From positions 4,084 through 68,083 of the forward strand of contig DATJXB010000069.1 of NCBI GenBank assembly GCA_035500755.1: 64,000 nucleotides of DNA. Reading direction: 5' to 3'. The DNA is from Thermoanaerobaculia bacterium (GTDB lineage: Bacteria > Acidobacteriota > Thermoanaerobaculia > UBA5066 > Gp7-AA6). Shown here piece after piece: positions 1-9,601 of this stretch (its first letter is position 1; each line of letters starts with the position of its first letter). Below the pieces are notes generated by a model. It did no database searches. It was given only the letters and a program-made list of their open reading frames with translations, and was not told the DNA's origin. A program made the position numbers and the translations under genes.

Positions 1-561
1 GCCGGAGAAGACGTCGAGGTCCGCATCGAGGGCGTCCCGGACGACGTCCGGGAATTCGAGGCCCTCCTCGTCGGCGGGCCGGGCCGGGCGTGGGTGCTCC
101 GGGTCAGTGGCGGTCTCGCGCCGGGCATTCGCGCGTTCCGCTGGACTGTTCCCAATCTCGACACCTCCGAGGCGACGCTCCGCCTGAGGATGAATCGCGG
201 CGGCCGCGAGGTCGAGAGCGCGCCGAGCGCGACGTTCCGCATCGCGGGATCTCGATCGGAGCCGCTGGCCCGGCTCGCGCCGCGTTGGGGCGAGGTCTGG
301 GTCGACCCCGGTGGCGACGAGGACGACGAGGACGACGAGGGGCCGTGCGAACCGCTGCCCGTTTCGACGATGACGGGTACGTCTTCCTCTGTCGGATCGG
401 CGGCGCCGGCGTGGCTGCTGCTCCTGCCCGAGAAGGCCTCGGGCCGTCTCGTCGCCGCCGCGCGGAGCCTCACCCGTGGCGAGTCTGTGGCGTCGCCGGC
501 TCTCCCGGCGGCGCGCCAGCCTCTCTCCCGCTCCCCACGGACCGTTCCCGCCCGGGTCTGA
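1..561 (+). CDS. 3' end of a hypothetical protein (gene begins upstream of the window)
   Basis: Frame 1 is open from nt 1 to TGA at 559-561 with strong G/C third-position bias. It contains an acidic GDEDDEDDEG patch (nt ~315-340). No family recognised. Confidence 0.5.
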   Translation, partial: AGEDVEVRIEGVPDDVREFEALLVGGPGRAWVLRVSGGLAPGIRAFRWTVPNLDTSEATLRLRMNRGGREVESAPSATFRIAGSRSEPLARLAPRWGEVWVDPGGDEDDEDDEGPCEPLPVSTMTGTSSSVGSAAPAWLLLLPEKASGRLVAAARSLTRGESVASPALPAARQPLSRSPRTVPARV

Positions 562-663
562 TCGCCCTACTCCGCCGGCGATGAACACCCGCCCCCGGAC
601 CGGGGGCAGAGCTCTGACGCGCCCGCCGACGGCGGCGGACGCCTTTCTTGGAGGGAACGGGGG

Positions 664-3534
664 ATGGACACCATGCATATCTCGCGACCCGATCGCCCGC
701 GTCGTCGGGCGGTTGCGGCTCTTCTTCTTGCCGTCGGGCTGCTCGCTTTCCGGATTCCGGCGGTGGCGCAGACTCCCGCGACCGGCGCCGTGCGCGGCCG
801 CGTGAAGGACGCCTCCGGCGCCGTGGTCGCCGGAGCGACGATCACGATCGTCAACGTCTCGACCGGCATCACCCGCACCACGAAGACTGACGCCGACGGC
901 GCGTACGCGATCGTCGACGTCCCGCTGACCGGGTCCTACAAACTCACCGCCACGCGGGAGGGCTTCGCTCCCCAAGAGAAAGGGCCGTTCTCCCTGGGCG
1001 GCAGTCAGACGGCGACCTTCGACGTCACGCTCGCGACGGCCGGGGTCTCGGAACAAGTCCGCGTCAGCGGCACCCTCGACGCCGTGCGGACCGACGCGCC
1101 GCAGCTCGGCACCCGCTTCGACACGGAGAAGATCGAGAACACGCCGCTCTTCGGCAACAAGCTGACGTCGGTGCCTCTGTTGAATTCGGCGGTCCGCTCG
1201 GCCCGCGGCACGGGCGACCTGTTCCTCGGGCAGACGCTCTTCGTGATCGACGGCGGCGGGCGCCGGCAGACGACGTACACGATCGACGGCAGCTCCGGCG
1301 ACGACTCGTGGGGCCGGCAGACGATCGCGACGGCCCTGCCGTTGCCGGCGGTCCAGGAGATGAACGTCCTGACGTCCGCCTTCTCGGCCGAGTACGGCCG
1401 CACGACGGGCGGCGCCATCAACCTCGTGACGAAGGCCGGCACGAACGGCTACCACGTGGATGCCACCGGCCTGTACCGCCCGGGCAGCCTCTCGGCCGAC
1501 CAGCCCGTCTCCGGAACGTCGGGATACGACAACCTGTGGCAGGGCAGCGGCATCGTGTCCGGGCCGATCGCGACCGACAAGGTCTACTTCTCGGTCGGCG
1601 GCGAGTACAACTCCGAGAACCGCGACTCGGCGATCACGTCGCCGCTCGCGCCGGGGACCTACCGGGGCGATATCCAGCAGTCGCTCGTGTTCGCGCGTAT
1701 CGACGCCGACCTCGACCAGCAAAACCACATCTTCGGCCGGTTCACCGCCGACCAGCTGAAGGACACCAACCCGCAGGACGTCGTCGGCGGCCTGACGCTC
1801 CCGAGCGCCGGCCGGACGTTCACGCGCGACACGTATCTCTACCAGCTGGCCGACACGGCGACGCTGACGCCGGCGCTCTTCAACAACGCGCGCCTGGCCT
1901 ATCTCGACGGCGACCCGATCACCCAGTTCGAGCCGAACGACCCCTCGACGCAGTACGTGCGGCCGGGCGTGTCGACGGAAGGGGAGTCGCGCTACGCGCT
2001 CCTGACGAACAAGCAGTGGCAGTTCGCCAACACCACGCAGTACGCGTGGGGGAACCACCTCTTCAAGCTCGGCGGCGACGTCATCCGCTCGAAGTCGGGC
2101 GGGGACGGCCAGGAGTTCGGCGCGCCGTTCGTCCTCGGCCAGTTCACGTTCCGGCCCGGCATCCCCGCGACGACGCCGACCTCGGATCTGACGATCGACG
2201 ACGTCACGCGGTACACGCAGGGATTCGGCAACGTGACCTACAGCGTCCAGGAAACCCTCTGGTCGGTCTACCTCCAGGACGACTGGCGGCTCGCGCGCGA
2301 CCTGACGCTCAACCTCGGCGTGCGCTACGACCGCCAGAGCCTGACCGACGCCAAGGACAACTTCCAGCCGCGCGTCGGCTTCGCGTGGCAGCCCGGCGGC
2401 GACGGCAAGACCGCGATCCGCGGCGGCTACGCGATGTATTACTCGGAGATCCGTGCCAACATCGTCGCCGGCTGGGCGCTCAACGGCCCAACCGGCTTCT
2501 TCACCTACTCGGCGGCTCCCGGCCAGCTCGGCTTCCCGACGGACCTCGAGCCGCTTCCCGGGTTCCCGCCGGGCGCCGTCCTGCCGCCGCGGGACATCAC
2601 GATCCGGCCGGGCATGGCGTCGTACTACAGCCAGTTCTTCGACGTGTCGAAGCTCGAGGGCTATCCCGACCGGCTCGTCAACCCGCAGACGCAGCAGTTC
2701 ACCATCGGCGGCGAACGTCAGCTCTTCAAGAACTGGATCCTGTCGCTCGACTACGTCCACGCGCAGACCGACAACATCGACCGCAACCTCGACCTGAACG
2801 CGCCTGCCGTGTTCATCCGGACGGATCCGGGCCAGACGCGGAGCGCCCAGGCAGCCGACGCGACGCGGCCCATCACCCCCACGCCCAACGGCTACAAGCG
2901 GATCCTCGTCACGGTGAACCAGGGCGAGAGCAAGTACGACGCGCTCCAGTTCAACCTGAACCACAGCTTCGACGGCAAGGGTCAGGTGCTCCTCTCCTAC
3001 ACCTGGTCGCATTCGCAGAACAACTTCGAGCCCGACGCGACCGGCGGCGACCCCAATGACGTCAACCAGCTCGGCGCCGAGTGGGCCAACAGCCTTCTGA
3101 ATCAGCCGAACCGCGTCGTTCTGAGCGGCTGGTATCTGCTGCCGCTGAACATCACCGGCGGCGGCACCTTCACGTACGCCTCCGGGCGTCCGTACAACAT
3201 CGTCACCGGCGTGGACAACAATGGCGACGGCGGCTCGGCGGATCGGCCGGTGATCGACGGCGTGGTCGTCGGACGCAACACCGGCCAGGGCTCGGACATC
3301 ATCGACCTCTCGCTCTTCCTCGGCTACGAGTTCCCGCTCGGGGACGCGCTGCGGATCGGCCTGCGCGCCGAATGCCTGAACGTGACCAATCACGCCAACA
3401 TCGTGGGCCGCAATGGCACCTGGGGCAACAACGCGGACGGCACCCCGCTGCCCACGTTCGGTCAGGCTCTCGGCGGCATCTCGAACGTGGATCCGGGACG
3501 CCAGTTCCAGTTCCTGATTCGCGTCATGCTCTGA
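664..3534 (+). CDS. TonB-dependent outer-membrane receptor with N-terminal carboxypeptidase-regulatory-like domain
   Basis: Signal peptide (AVAALLLAVGLLAFRIPAVAQ). CarboxypepD_reg-like segment (GAVRGRVKDASGAVVAGATITIVNVSTG...DADGAYAIVDVPLTGSYKL). Plug-like region followed by a long beta-barrel-type sequence. GGAGGG SD 9 nt upstream of ATG 664. Confidence 0.9.
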   Translation: MDTMHISRPDRPRRRAVAALLLAVGLLAFRIPAVAQTPATGAVRGRVKDASGAVVAGATITIVNVSTGITRTTKTDADGAYAIVDVPLTGSYKLTATREGFAPQEKGPFSLGGSQTATFDVTLATAGVSEQVRVSGTLDAVRTDAPQLGTRFDTEKIENTPLFGNKLTSVPLLNSAVRSARGTGDLFLGQTLFVIDGGGRRQTTYTIDGSSGDDSWGRQTIATALPLPAVQEMNVLTSAFSAEYGRTTGGAINLVTKAGTNGYHVDATGLYRPGSLSADQPVSGTSGYDNLWQGSGIVSGPIATDKVYFSVGGEYNSENRDSAITSPLAPGTYRGDIQQSLVFARIDADLDQQNHIFGRFTADQLKDTNPQDVVGGLTLPSAGRTFTRDTYLYQLADTATLTPALFNNARLAYLDGDPITQFEPNDPSTQYVRPGVSTEGESRYALLTNKQWQFANTTQYAWGNHLFKLGGDVIRSKSGGDGQEFGAPFVLGQFTFRPGIPATTPTSDLTIDDVTRYTQGFGNVTYSVQETLWSVYLQDDWRLARDLTLNLGVRYDRQSLTDAKDNFQPRVGFAWQPGGDGKTAIRGGYAMYYSEIRANIVAGWALNGPTGFFTYSAAPGQLGFPTDLEPLPGFPPGAVLPPRDITIRPGMASYYSQFFDVSKLEGYPDRLVNPQTQQFTIGGERQLFKNWILSLDYVHAQTDNIDRNLDLNAPAVFIRTDPGQTRSAQAADATRPITPTPNGYKRILVTVNQGESKYDALQFNLNHSFDGKGQVLLSYTWSHSQNNFEPDATGGDPNDVNQLGAEWANSLLNQPNRVVLSGWYLLPLNITGGGTFTYASGRPYNIVTGVDNNGDGGSADRPVIDGVVVGRNTGQGSDIIDLSLFLGYEFPLGDALRIGLRAECLNVTNHANIVGRNGTWGNNADGTPLPTFGQALGGISNVDPGRQFQFLIRVML

Positions 3535-3556
3535 CGCGGGTCGGCGCCTTCGATTC

Positions 3557-3580
3557 GAGGGGCGGCGCCGGCCGCCCCTC
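3557..3580. terminator. Bidirectional stem-loop between convergent genes
   Basis: Perfect 10-bp stem GAGGGGCGGC/GCCGCCCCTC with GCCG loop, followed by GCGGTTTCTC. Sits between the stop at 3534 (+) and the stop at 3610 (-). Confidence 0.55.
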
Positions 3581-3609
3581 GCGGTTTCTCCGATCGGATC
3601 GGGCGCGAG

Positions 3610-4323
3610 CTACCGCGTGCGGTGGCCGCCGCCGGTGCCGTGCGCCAGGGTGGCGCCGCCAGAAAGGTGCGCCGGCATCGGCTGCGGCTTCGCCAGGACG
3701 GGTCGCCCGGATCGGAAGAGAACGGCCTTGTGCGGCATGACGTGAGGGAATCGGCCGCCGCGGCCTCCCCACCAGCCACCGCTTGCGTAACCGTAGCCGC
3801 CGCTCCCGTAGAACGGGTAGCCGAGGTTCGCGAGGTCGGGAAACCCGCCCGCGTCGGCCGCCTGCTGTTCGTAAAATTGCGGCGGGAGCGGGACCGAGTC
3901 TTCGGCCGTCACGCCGATGTCGATCGCCGAGTAGCGGGACACGAGCGCGACGACGGCGTCGCCCGCGCCCGCGCGCCGGAAGTCCCTGATCACGTCGGCG
4001 TCCACGACGTCCGGCACGTCGGCCTGGTTCTTCCGGAGAAACGCGACGACGGCCTGGTCGCTCGCGCCGGAGGACTTCATCCGCAGGGCTTCGTCGACCG
4101 CGCCGCTCGTCGGATCCGCGGCGGGCGCCGCGGGAGCCGCGAGCGCGTTGGGCCAGACCGACGCTCTGGGCCGCACCGGCGCCTGGTAGACGATCGTGAC
4201 GTCATTGCCCGAGCCGCGGATGACGGCGCGCGTCGAGGGCGCGTTGTCGGCGCGCGCGAACGAGAAGAGAGTCGGTGCGAGAAACACCAGCGCGGCCGAG
4301 CGGACGGCGGAACCGTTGCGCAT
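3610..4323 (-). CDS. Secreted hypothetical protein with Gly/Tyr/Trp-rich C-terminal region
   Basis: ATG start and signal peptide (SAALVFLAPTLFSFARADN). Protein-like composition, then GYPFYGSGGYGYASGGWWGGRGG. No family recognised. Confidence 0.7.
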   Translation of the reverse strand: MRNGSAVRSAALVFLAPTLFSFARADNAPSTRAVIRGSGNDVTIVYQAPVRPRASVWPNALAAPAAPAADPTSGAVDEALRMKSSGASDQAVVAFLRKNQADVPDVVDADVIRDFRRAGAGDAVVALVSRYSAIDIGVTAEDSVPLPPQFYEQQAADAGGFPDLANLGYPFYGSGGYGYASGGWWGGRGGRFPHVMPHKAVLFRSGRPVLAKPQPMPAHLSGGATLAHGTGGGHRTR

Positions 4324-4544
4324 GATCTCCCCCTGACCGTCGAAAGTATTGCAGGTTTCCAGGGCGCCGGCGGGCCGTTCGTCCGACGTTCATGTTTCGA
4401 GTCGTGACCGGTGTCCTCCCGGCGGGACGCTCGTTCGTCTTCACGCTCGGCATCTTCAACCTCTTCGCCGACGTGACCTGCGAGGGCGGCGGCAGCCGGG
4501 ACGGGCCTTTCCTCGCGGGCCCGGTCCGGGGGAGGATCGTCCTC

Positions 4545-5465
4545 GTGAAGGCCGTTCGCGTCAAACGTTTCGGCGGCCCGGAGGTGCTCGAGCTCGAGGA
4601 CCTGCCCGAGCCCGTCCCCGGCCCGGGACAGATCCTCGTCCGCGTCGCAGCCGCCGGCGTCGGCCCCTGGGACGCGTTGATCCGCGAGGGCCGCAGCGCC
4701 GTGCCGCAGCGGCTGCCGCTGACGCCGGGCTCGGACCTTTCGGGGACGGTGGAGCGCGTCGGGCCCGGCGTGAAGGCTCTCGCGCCGGGCGACGAGGTGT
4801 TCGGCGTGACGAACCCGCTCTTCACCGGCGCCGGCGCCGAGCTCGCCGTGGCGGAGGCGGGGATGATCGCGCGCCGGCCCGCGTCGATCGGCTTGCTCGA
4901 GGCCGCGGCCGTTCCGGTCGTGGCCGTCACCGCCTGGCAGATGGTTTTCGAGCACGCGCGGCTCGACGGCGCCCAGCGCGTCCTCGTGACGGGCGGCGCG
5001 GGAAACGTCGGCGCCTACGCGGTGCAGCTCGCGCGCCGCGCCGGGGCCCTCGTCGTGGCCACCTGCCGCGCGAACGACGCCGAGCGCGTCCGCGGGCTCG
5101 GTGCCGGCGACGTCGTGACCGATGACGCCGCGCCGCTGCCGCCGGTCGACGCCGTCCTCGACACCGTCGGCGGCGATGCCGTCGCACGCGCCTTCGGCGC
5201 GGTTCGTCCCGGAGGGCTGGTGGTCTCGTGCGCGGCGCCGCCCGACCCGGCGCGAGCGTCGCGTGCCGGCGTGCGCGCGTTCTTTTTCCTGGTCGATGTC
5301 TCGACCGCCCGGCTCGAAGAGATTCGTCGCCTGCTCGAGAACGGTCTCGTGCCGGGCCGCATCGGCGAGGTGCTGCCCCTCGCGGAGGTTCGTCGGGCGC
5401 ACCGCATGCTCGCGGGCGAGCTCCCGCATCGGCCGGGCAAGATTCTGCTGCGCGTCGGCGCCTGA
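4545..5465 (+). CDS. NADPH:quinone oxidoreductase / zinc-type alcohol dehydrogenase superfamily (MDR)
   Basis: Homology-like N-terminus VKAVRVKRFGGPEVLELEDLPEPVPGPGQILVRV starts at GTG 4545, preceded by GGGGGAGGA SD. Rossmann motif GGAGNVGAYAVQLA. The track ORF from 4392 adds an implausible N-extension. Confidence 0.85.
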   Translation: MKAVRVKRFGGPEVLELEDLPEPVPGPGQILVRVAAAGVGPWDALIREGRSAVPQRLPLTPGSDLSGTVERVGPGVKALAPGDEVFGVTNPLFTGAGAELAVAEAGMIARRPASIGLLEAAAVPVVAVTAWQMVFEHARLDGAQRVLVTGGAGNVGAYAVQLARRAGALVVATCRANDAERVRGLGAGDVVTDDAAPLPPVDAVLDTVGGDAVARAFGAVRPGGLVVSCAAPPDPARASRAGVRAFFFLVDVSTARLEEIRRLLENGLVPGRIGEVLPLAEVRRAHRMLAGELPHRPGKILLRVGA

Positions 5466-5470
5466 AGGCG

Positions 5471-6166
5471 TCAGCCGGCGAAGCGATAGCCCAGCCGGTG
5501 CACCGTGCGGATCCGTTCCGGGTGAGCAGGGTTTTTCTCGATCTTCTGGCGCAGCGAAGCGACGTGAACGTCCACGGTGCGCGTGGCCGGCGTGGCGTCG
5601 TAGCCCCAGACCTTGTCGAGCAGCTCGTCGCGCGAGAGCAGCGCGCCGCGGTGCTCGACGAAGTATTTCAGGAGCTTGTACTCGAGCGCGGAGAGCTCGA
5701 GCGGTTCCCCCTGGCGGAGGACCCTGGCCGCGCGGAAATCGATGCGGACGTCGTCGAACGCGAAGGCCTCGCCGAGCGGGCCGGACTCGGGGCGCCGGCG
5801 GCGCAGCAACGCTTCGATCCGCGCCAGCAGCTCGATCGTCTCGAAGGGTTTGACGAGATAGTCGTCGGCGCCGAGCTTGAGCCCCACGACGCGGTCGGCG
5901 ACCTCGCCGCGCGCCGTGAGCATGAGGACGGGCACGTCGATGCCGCGGCGGCGGAGGTCCCGGCAGACGTCGAATCCGTTCTTCCCGGGAAGCATCACGT
6001 CGAGCAGCACGAGGTCGAACGCTTCGGCGCGCAGGCGTTCGAGAGCGGTGGACCCGTTGCCGACGGCGGCGACGTCGTAGCCTTCCGAGGCCAGGCGGTC
6101 CGACAGCGTGAGGACGAGGCTCGGCTCGTCCTCGACCAGGAGGAGGCGCGGCAGAGGCTCGCTCAC
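5471..6166 (-). CDS. OmpR/PhoB-family two-component response regulator
   Basis: Last 231 aa of the 826-aa track ORF. Receiver domain (LLLVEDE, LVLLDVMLPG, KPF) plus winged-helix output (RTVHRLGYRF). The GTG start overlaps the upstream kinase stop (GTGA at 6163-6166). Confidence 0.92.
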   Translation of the reverse strand: MSEPLPRLLLVEDEPSLVLTLSDRLASEGYDVAAVGNGSTALERLRAEAFDLVLLDVMLPGKNGFDVCRDLRRRGIDVPVLMLTARGEVADRVVGLKLGADDYLVKPFETIELLARIEALLRRRRPESGPLGEAFAFDDVRIDFRAARVLRQGEPLELSALEYKLLKYFVEHRGALLSRDELLDKVWGYDATPATRTVDVHVASLRQKIEKNPAHPERIRTVHRLGYRFAG

Positions 6167-7935
6167 GACGCCGCGCCGGCCGCCGGCAGGACGACCCGAA
6201 ACGTCGCGCCGCTGCCGGCGTCGCTCTCGACCGAAATTCGGCCCCCGTGCTCCTCGACGATGCGCCGCACGAGCGCGAGGCCGACGCCCGTCCCGGCGGC
6301 ACGTTCGGAGGCGCCGCTGCCGCGGTAGAACGGCTCGAAGATGCGCGGGATCTCGCGTTTCGGGATTCCGGTCCCGTTGTCCCGCACGTCGACGGCGACT
6401 CCGTCGTCCTCGAGGGCGGCGCGCACCGTCACCCGCGCCGGTTCGCCTCCGTACTTGATCGCGTTGGAGACGAGGTTCTCGAAGACCGTGCGCATCGCGT
6501 CGCGGTCGCCCACGACGGGAGGCAGGTCGAGCGCCACGTCGCGCACGACGGCCGCGTTCCGTTCCCGCGCGAGCGGCCCGCACGCCTCGACGGCTTCGAC
6601 GAGAACCTCGTCGAGGCGGACGGCGGTGCGTGTGCCGTCGACCCGCCGCGGCGAAATGCCCGCGCGCGACAGCGCGTCCTCGATCAGAACGGACAGCCGC
6701 TGGCTCTCGCGGTGAATGAGCGCGCCGTAGCTCCGGACGTGCTCCCGGTCGTCCACGATGCCGTCGGCGAGGTTCTGGCCCGCCGAGCGGACCGCGGCGA
6801 GCGGGGTCCGGAGCTCGTGCGTCAGCCCGGCCACGAACTCGACCTGCCGGGCGGCGAGGCGGCGGTCCCGATGCGCGGAGGCGAGGAGCACCGCGACCGT
6901 CGCCGCCAGCAGCGCGAGGATGCCGGCGCTCACGGCGAGATTGCGGGCCCGCGTCGCCGCGACCGCGGCCTGGAGCGAGCCGGCCCGGTGGGCCACGACG
7001 AGCTGCCACCCGCCATGGTCGGCCATACCCGGCGGCGAGCCGTGGCCGGGCGCGTCGAGGACGTAGTCGGCCGCGGGTTCGCGCGCCGGCCCGGCGATTC
7101 CGGGCGGCGGGCCCTGGTCCGGGCGCTCGGGGAGAGGCCCGAACGGAACGCGCGAGAACGGATCGGGGCGCAGGATGGGCGCGGCGGCCTCGACGCGCGC
7201 CGACGCCGGGTCGAAAGCGGCGCGGGTCCGGTAGAAGACGGCGCCCGAATCGCTCCGAACGACGGCGACGTCGTAGTCCGAGAGTCCGGCGAAGTGGCGG
7301 GCCACCGCGGAAGACAGGGCTTCCTCCAGGGCGGGACGGTCGAGCACGAAAATGGTCCACGACGCCGGCGGTTCGGCGCGTCCCGCGCCGTCCCGCGCGC
7401 CCGCGGCCGGAGGGACGAAGTCTTCGGCGACGACCGCGGGAGGGGCGTCGACGAAGCGCACCGGCGGGGGGCCCGGAGGCGAGCCGCGCCGGGGCGTCTC
7501 GGCCTCGAGCGTCGAGCGAAGCGCCGTGAGAGTGTCCGGCCACGGACTCGGCGAAAAACTTCCCGTCGCCCGGTCGAAGCGCTCGAGCTCGACGCCGGCC
7601 GGCTCGGACGTCCGCCGCGCGCGAAAGATCGCCGCGACGAGCTTCGGAGAGTGCGCGTCCGTCCCGAAGCGCCGCTCTTCCTCCGCCCCGGGGTGGACCT
7701 CGGCGTCTCGACCGTCGCCGGGGGGCCGGTTCTCGCGCAGGGCGTGCCCGAGCTCGCGATCGACTTCGGCGGCGGAAGCGCGCACGGCCGCGTCGGCGGC
7801 GGTGCGGGCGCGCTCGCGCTCGGCGTCGCTCACCTCTCCGATCCATCGGTACTGGAGGGTGGCGAGAACGCCGAGCAGGACGATCAACACCGCGACGATG
7901 AGCCAGAAGCGGATCGATCGCGTTCGGGACGGCAC
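6163..7935 (-). CDS. Sensor histidine kinase with large Pro-rich extracytoplasmic domain
   Basis: Last 590 aa of the 1112-aa track ORF. GTG 7935 lies just before the TM helix IRFWLIVAVLIVLLGVL. Also has a second TM, H-box LTHELRTPL, N-box NLVSNAIKYG and G-boxes DNGTGIP / GTGVGLALV. Confidence 0.88.
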   Translation of the reverse strand: MPSRTRSIRFWLIVAVLIVLLGVLATLQYRWIGEVSDAERERARTAADAAVRASAAEVDRELGHALRENRPPGDGRDAEVHPGAEEERRFGTDAHSPKLVAAIFRARRTSEPAGVELERFDRATGSFSPSPWPDTLTALRSTLEAETPRRGSPPGPPPVRFVDAPPAVVAEDFVPPAAGARDGAGRAEPPASWTIFVLDRPALEEALSSAVARHFAGLSDYDVAVVRSDSGAVFYRTRAAFDPASARVEAAAPILRPDPFSRVPFGPLPERPDQGPPPGIAGPAREPAADYVLDAPGHGSPPGMADHGGWQLVVAHRAGSLQAAVAATRARNLAVSAGILALLAATVAVLLASAHRDRRLAARQVEFVAGLTHELRTPLAAVRSAGQNLADGIVDDREHVRSYGALIHRESQRLSVLIEDALSRAGISPRRVDGTRTAVRLDEVLVEAVEACGPLARERNAAVVRDVALDLPPVVGDRDAMRTVFENLVSNAIKYGGEPARVTVRAALEDDGVAVDVRDNGTGIPKREIPRIFEPFYRGSGASERAAGTGVGLALVRRIVEEHGGRISVESDAGSGATFRVVLPAAGAAS

Positions 7936-7986
7936 GCGGGCAATGTAGCACCGGGGCTGCGACGCTTCGGGCGATCGCCCCGAGGA

Positions 7987-8001
7987 TTTACATCCCTTAC
8001 G
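7987..8001 (+). promoter_or_regulatory. Candidate response-regulator box (TTTAC-N5-TTACG direct repeat)
   Basis: TTTACATCCCTTACG lies ~90 nt upstream of the LTXXQ gene ATG, in the 153-nt divergent spacer. It resembles the E. coli CpxR box GTAAA-N5-GTAAA read on the other strand. The second half-site is imperfect. Confidence 0.25.
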
Positions 8002-8088
8002 AAGGCTTTTCGGCGCCGTGATGACTGGTTGCCGCCCGTCGCGTGATCCTCCCGCATCGCGACGCGGTGTCGCGGAAAGGAGTCGACC

Positions 8089-8577
8089 ATGAAGAGCATC
8101 GGGAGGTTCAAGGCGGCGGCGCTCGTCGGCGCGCTCTGTGCGGCGGCGATCGTGGCGCAGACGCGGAGCGACGCCGTCCTCGGAGGCGGTCCGGGACCGC
8201 ACGGCCCCGGCGGGCCCTGCAGCGACCAGCTCGTCTCCTACGTCGGGCTGACGGCCGATCAGCAGACGGCGCTGACGGCGCTGCGCCAGCAGACGGCCGA
8301 CACGATCCAGCCTCTGGCCGAGCAGGCCGGGTCGCTGGGCCAGCAGATCGACCTCGCGATCGCTGCCGGCAACGCGGATCCGTGCGCGATCGGCGGGCTC
8401 GCCGTTCAGATCGCCGGAATCCGTTCTCAGATCGACGCGGCGCGGAAGGCGGCCGAAGCGGCCTTCGTCGCGTCCCTGACCTCCGACCAGAAGGCCAGGT
8501 ACGACACGTTCCTCGGCATCAACCCGGGGTGCAGCGCGGTCGGCGGGGGCTTCGGGCCGCCGCCCGTTCGGAACTGA
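8089..8577 (+). CDS. Periplasmic LTXXQ-motif protein (CpxP/Spy family-like)
   Basis: AAGGAG SD and signal peptide. Two LTxxQ motifs (LTADQQTAL, LTSDQKARY) in a helical Ala/Gln-rich protein, plus three Cys. Confidence 0.8.
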   Translation: MKSIGRFKAAALVGALCAAAIVAQTRSDAVLGGGPGPHGPGGPCSDQLVSYVGLTADQQTALTALRQQTADTIQPLAEQAGSLGQQIDLAIAAGNADPCAIGGLAVQIAGIRSQIDAARKAAEAAFVASLTSDQKARYDTFLGINPGCSAVGGGFGPPPVRN

Positions 8578-8596
8578 CGCTTTCGTTCCCTCCTTT

Positions 8597-8634
8597 GGCC
8601 GGAGTGCCGCGGTCGCGGCCTCCGGCCCTTTTTC
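8597..8634 (+). terminator. Intrinsic terminator
   Basis: Stem GGCCGGAG...CTCCGGCC (8 bp) followed by CTTTTTCC, 20 nt after the stop at 8577. Confidence 0.65.
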
Positions 8635-8694
8635 CGCCGGAGCTCGCGAATCGGCCGTCCCGGCGCCCGCGTAGATCGCTTCGAGGGGGTCACC

Positions 8695-9573
8695 ATGTTC
8701 GTCGTCCTCGGCGCGTCGGGGCACACGGGAAAGGCGGCGGCGCTCGCGCTGCTGGCCCAGGGCAGAAAAGTCCGGGTCGTCGTCCGCGACCCGAAGAAGG
8801 GGCAGGAGTGGAAGGACCGGGGCGCGGAGGCCGCGGTCGCCGACCTCGGCGACGCGCCGGCGCTCGCGAAGACCTTCGAGGGCGCCCAGGGCGCGTACGT
8901 CCTCGTGCCGCCGCAGTACGGCGCCGACGACCTGCTCGCGGCGCAGCGGCCGCTGTTCGAGGCGCTCGCCGCCGCGGTGCGGCGCAGCGGCATTCCGCAC
9001 GTCGTGCTTCTGTCCTCGATCGGCGCGCAGCACGCGGCGGGGACGGGGCCGATCCGCTCGCTCCACGCGGCGGAGGCGGCGCTGCGCGGCGCGGCGAAGA
9101 ATCTGACGCTTCTGCGCGCGGCCTACTTTCTCGAGAACGTCGCCCCGGTGCTCGACGAAGTCCGCCAGGGCGTTCTGCCGACGTTCCTGACTCCGGGCCG
9201 GCCGGTGCCGATGGTGGCGACGGCGGACGTCGGGCGCGTGGCCGCGGACGCGCTCCTCGAAGCGGCGCCCGGCACGACGATCCTGGAGCTCGCCGGGCCG
9301 CGCGACTACGCGCCGGAGGATCTGGCGGCGGCGCTGTCCGGCCCGCTCGGCAAGCCCGTTCGCGTCCAGGCGCTGCCGATCGATGCGGTCGAGCCGACGT
9401 TCGTCGCGATCGGCATGCCGGCCGGCGTGGCGCGGCTCTTCCGCGAGATGTACGCGGGCGTCAACTCCGGCCTCGTCGCCTGGGAGGGCGCTCCGGCGCA
9501 CGCGCGCCGCGGCCGCCTCGGCGCCGCCGAGGTTCTCGGGCCGATGCTCCGATCCGAAGGGTCCGCGGGATAG
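8695..9573 (+). CDS. NmrA-like / atypical SDR NAD(P)H-binding protein
   Basis: N-terminal VLGASGHTGKAAALALLAQG (GxxGxxG) Rossmann motif. Size and layout are typical of the NmrA family. GAGGGGG SD. Confidence 0.85.
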   Translation: MFVVLGASGHTGKAAALALLAQGRKVRVVVRDPKKGQEWKDRGAEAAVADLGDAPALAKTFEGAQGAYVLVPPQYGADDLLAAQRPLFEALAAAVRRSGIPHVVLLSSIGAQHAAGTGPIRSLHAAEAALRGAAKNLTLLRAAYFLENVAPVLDEVRQGVLPTFLTPGRPVPMVATADVGRVAADALLEAAPGTTILELAGPRDYAPEDLAAALSGPLGKPVRVQALPIDAVEPTFVAIGMPAGVARLFREMYAGVNSGLVAWEGAPAHARRGRLGAAEVLGPMLRSEGSAG

Positions 9574-9601
9574 GATCCGGCCCGGAACGAAGGAGGAAGC
9601 C

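Noticed and set aside
315-340. GACGACGAG trinucleotide-type repeat
   Set aside because: It is in frame in the partial CDS and encodes an acidic DEDDEDDE patch. With only ~2.7 units, it is not an independent feature.
5471-7951. 826-aa track ORF that looks like one large gene
   Set aside because: Only the last 231 aa (response regulator) are protein-like. The upstream 595 aa are Arg/Pro/Gly-rich, lie out of frame over the histidine kinase gene, and have no domain signatures.
6163-9501. 1112-aa track ORF
   Set aside because: Only the C-terminal 590 aa form the histidine kinase. The upstream part runs antisense through the LTXXQ and NmrA genes and has shadow-ORF composition.
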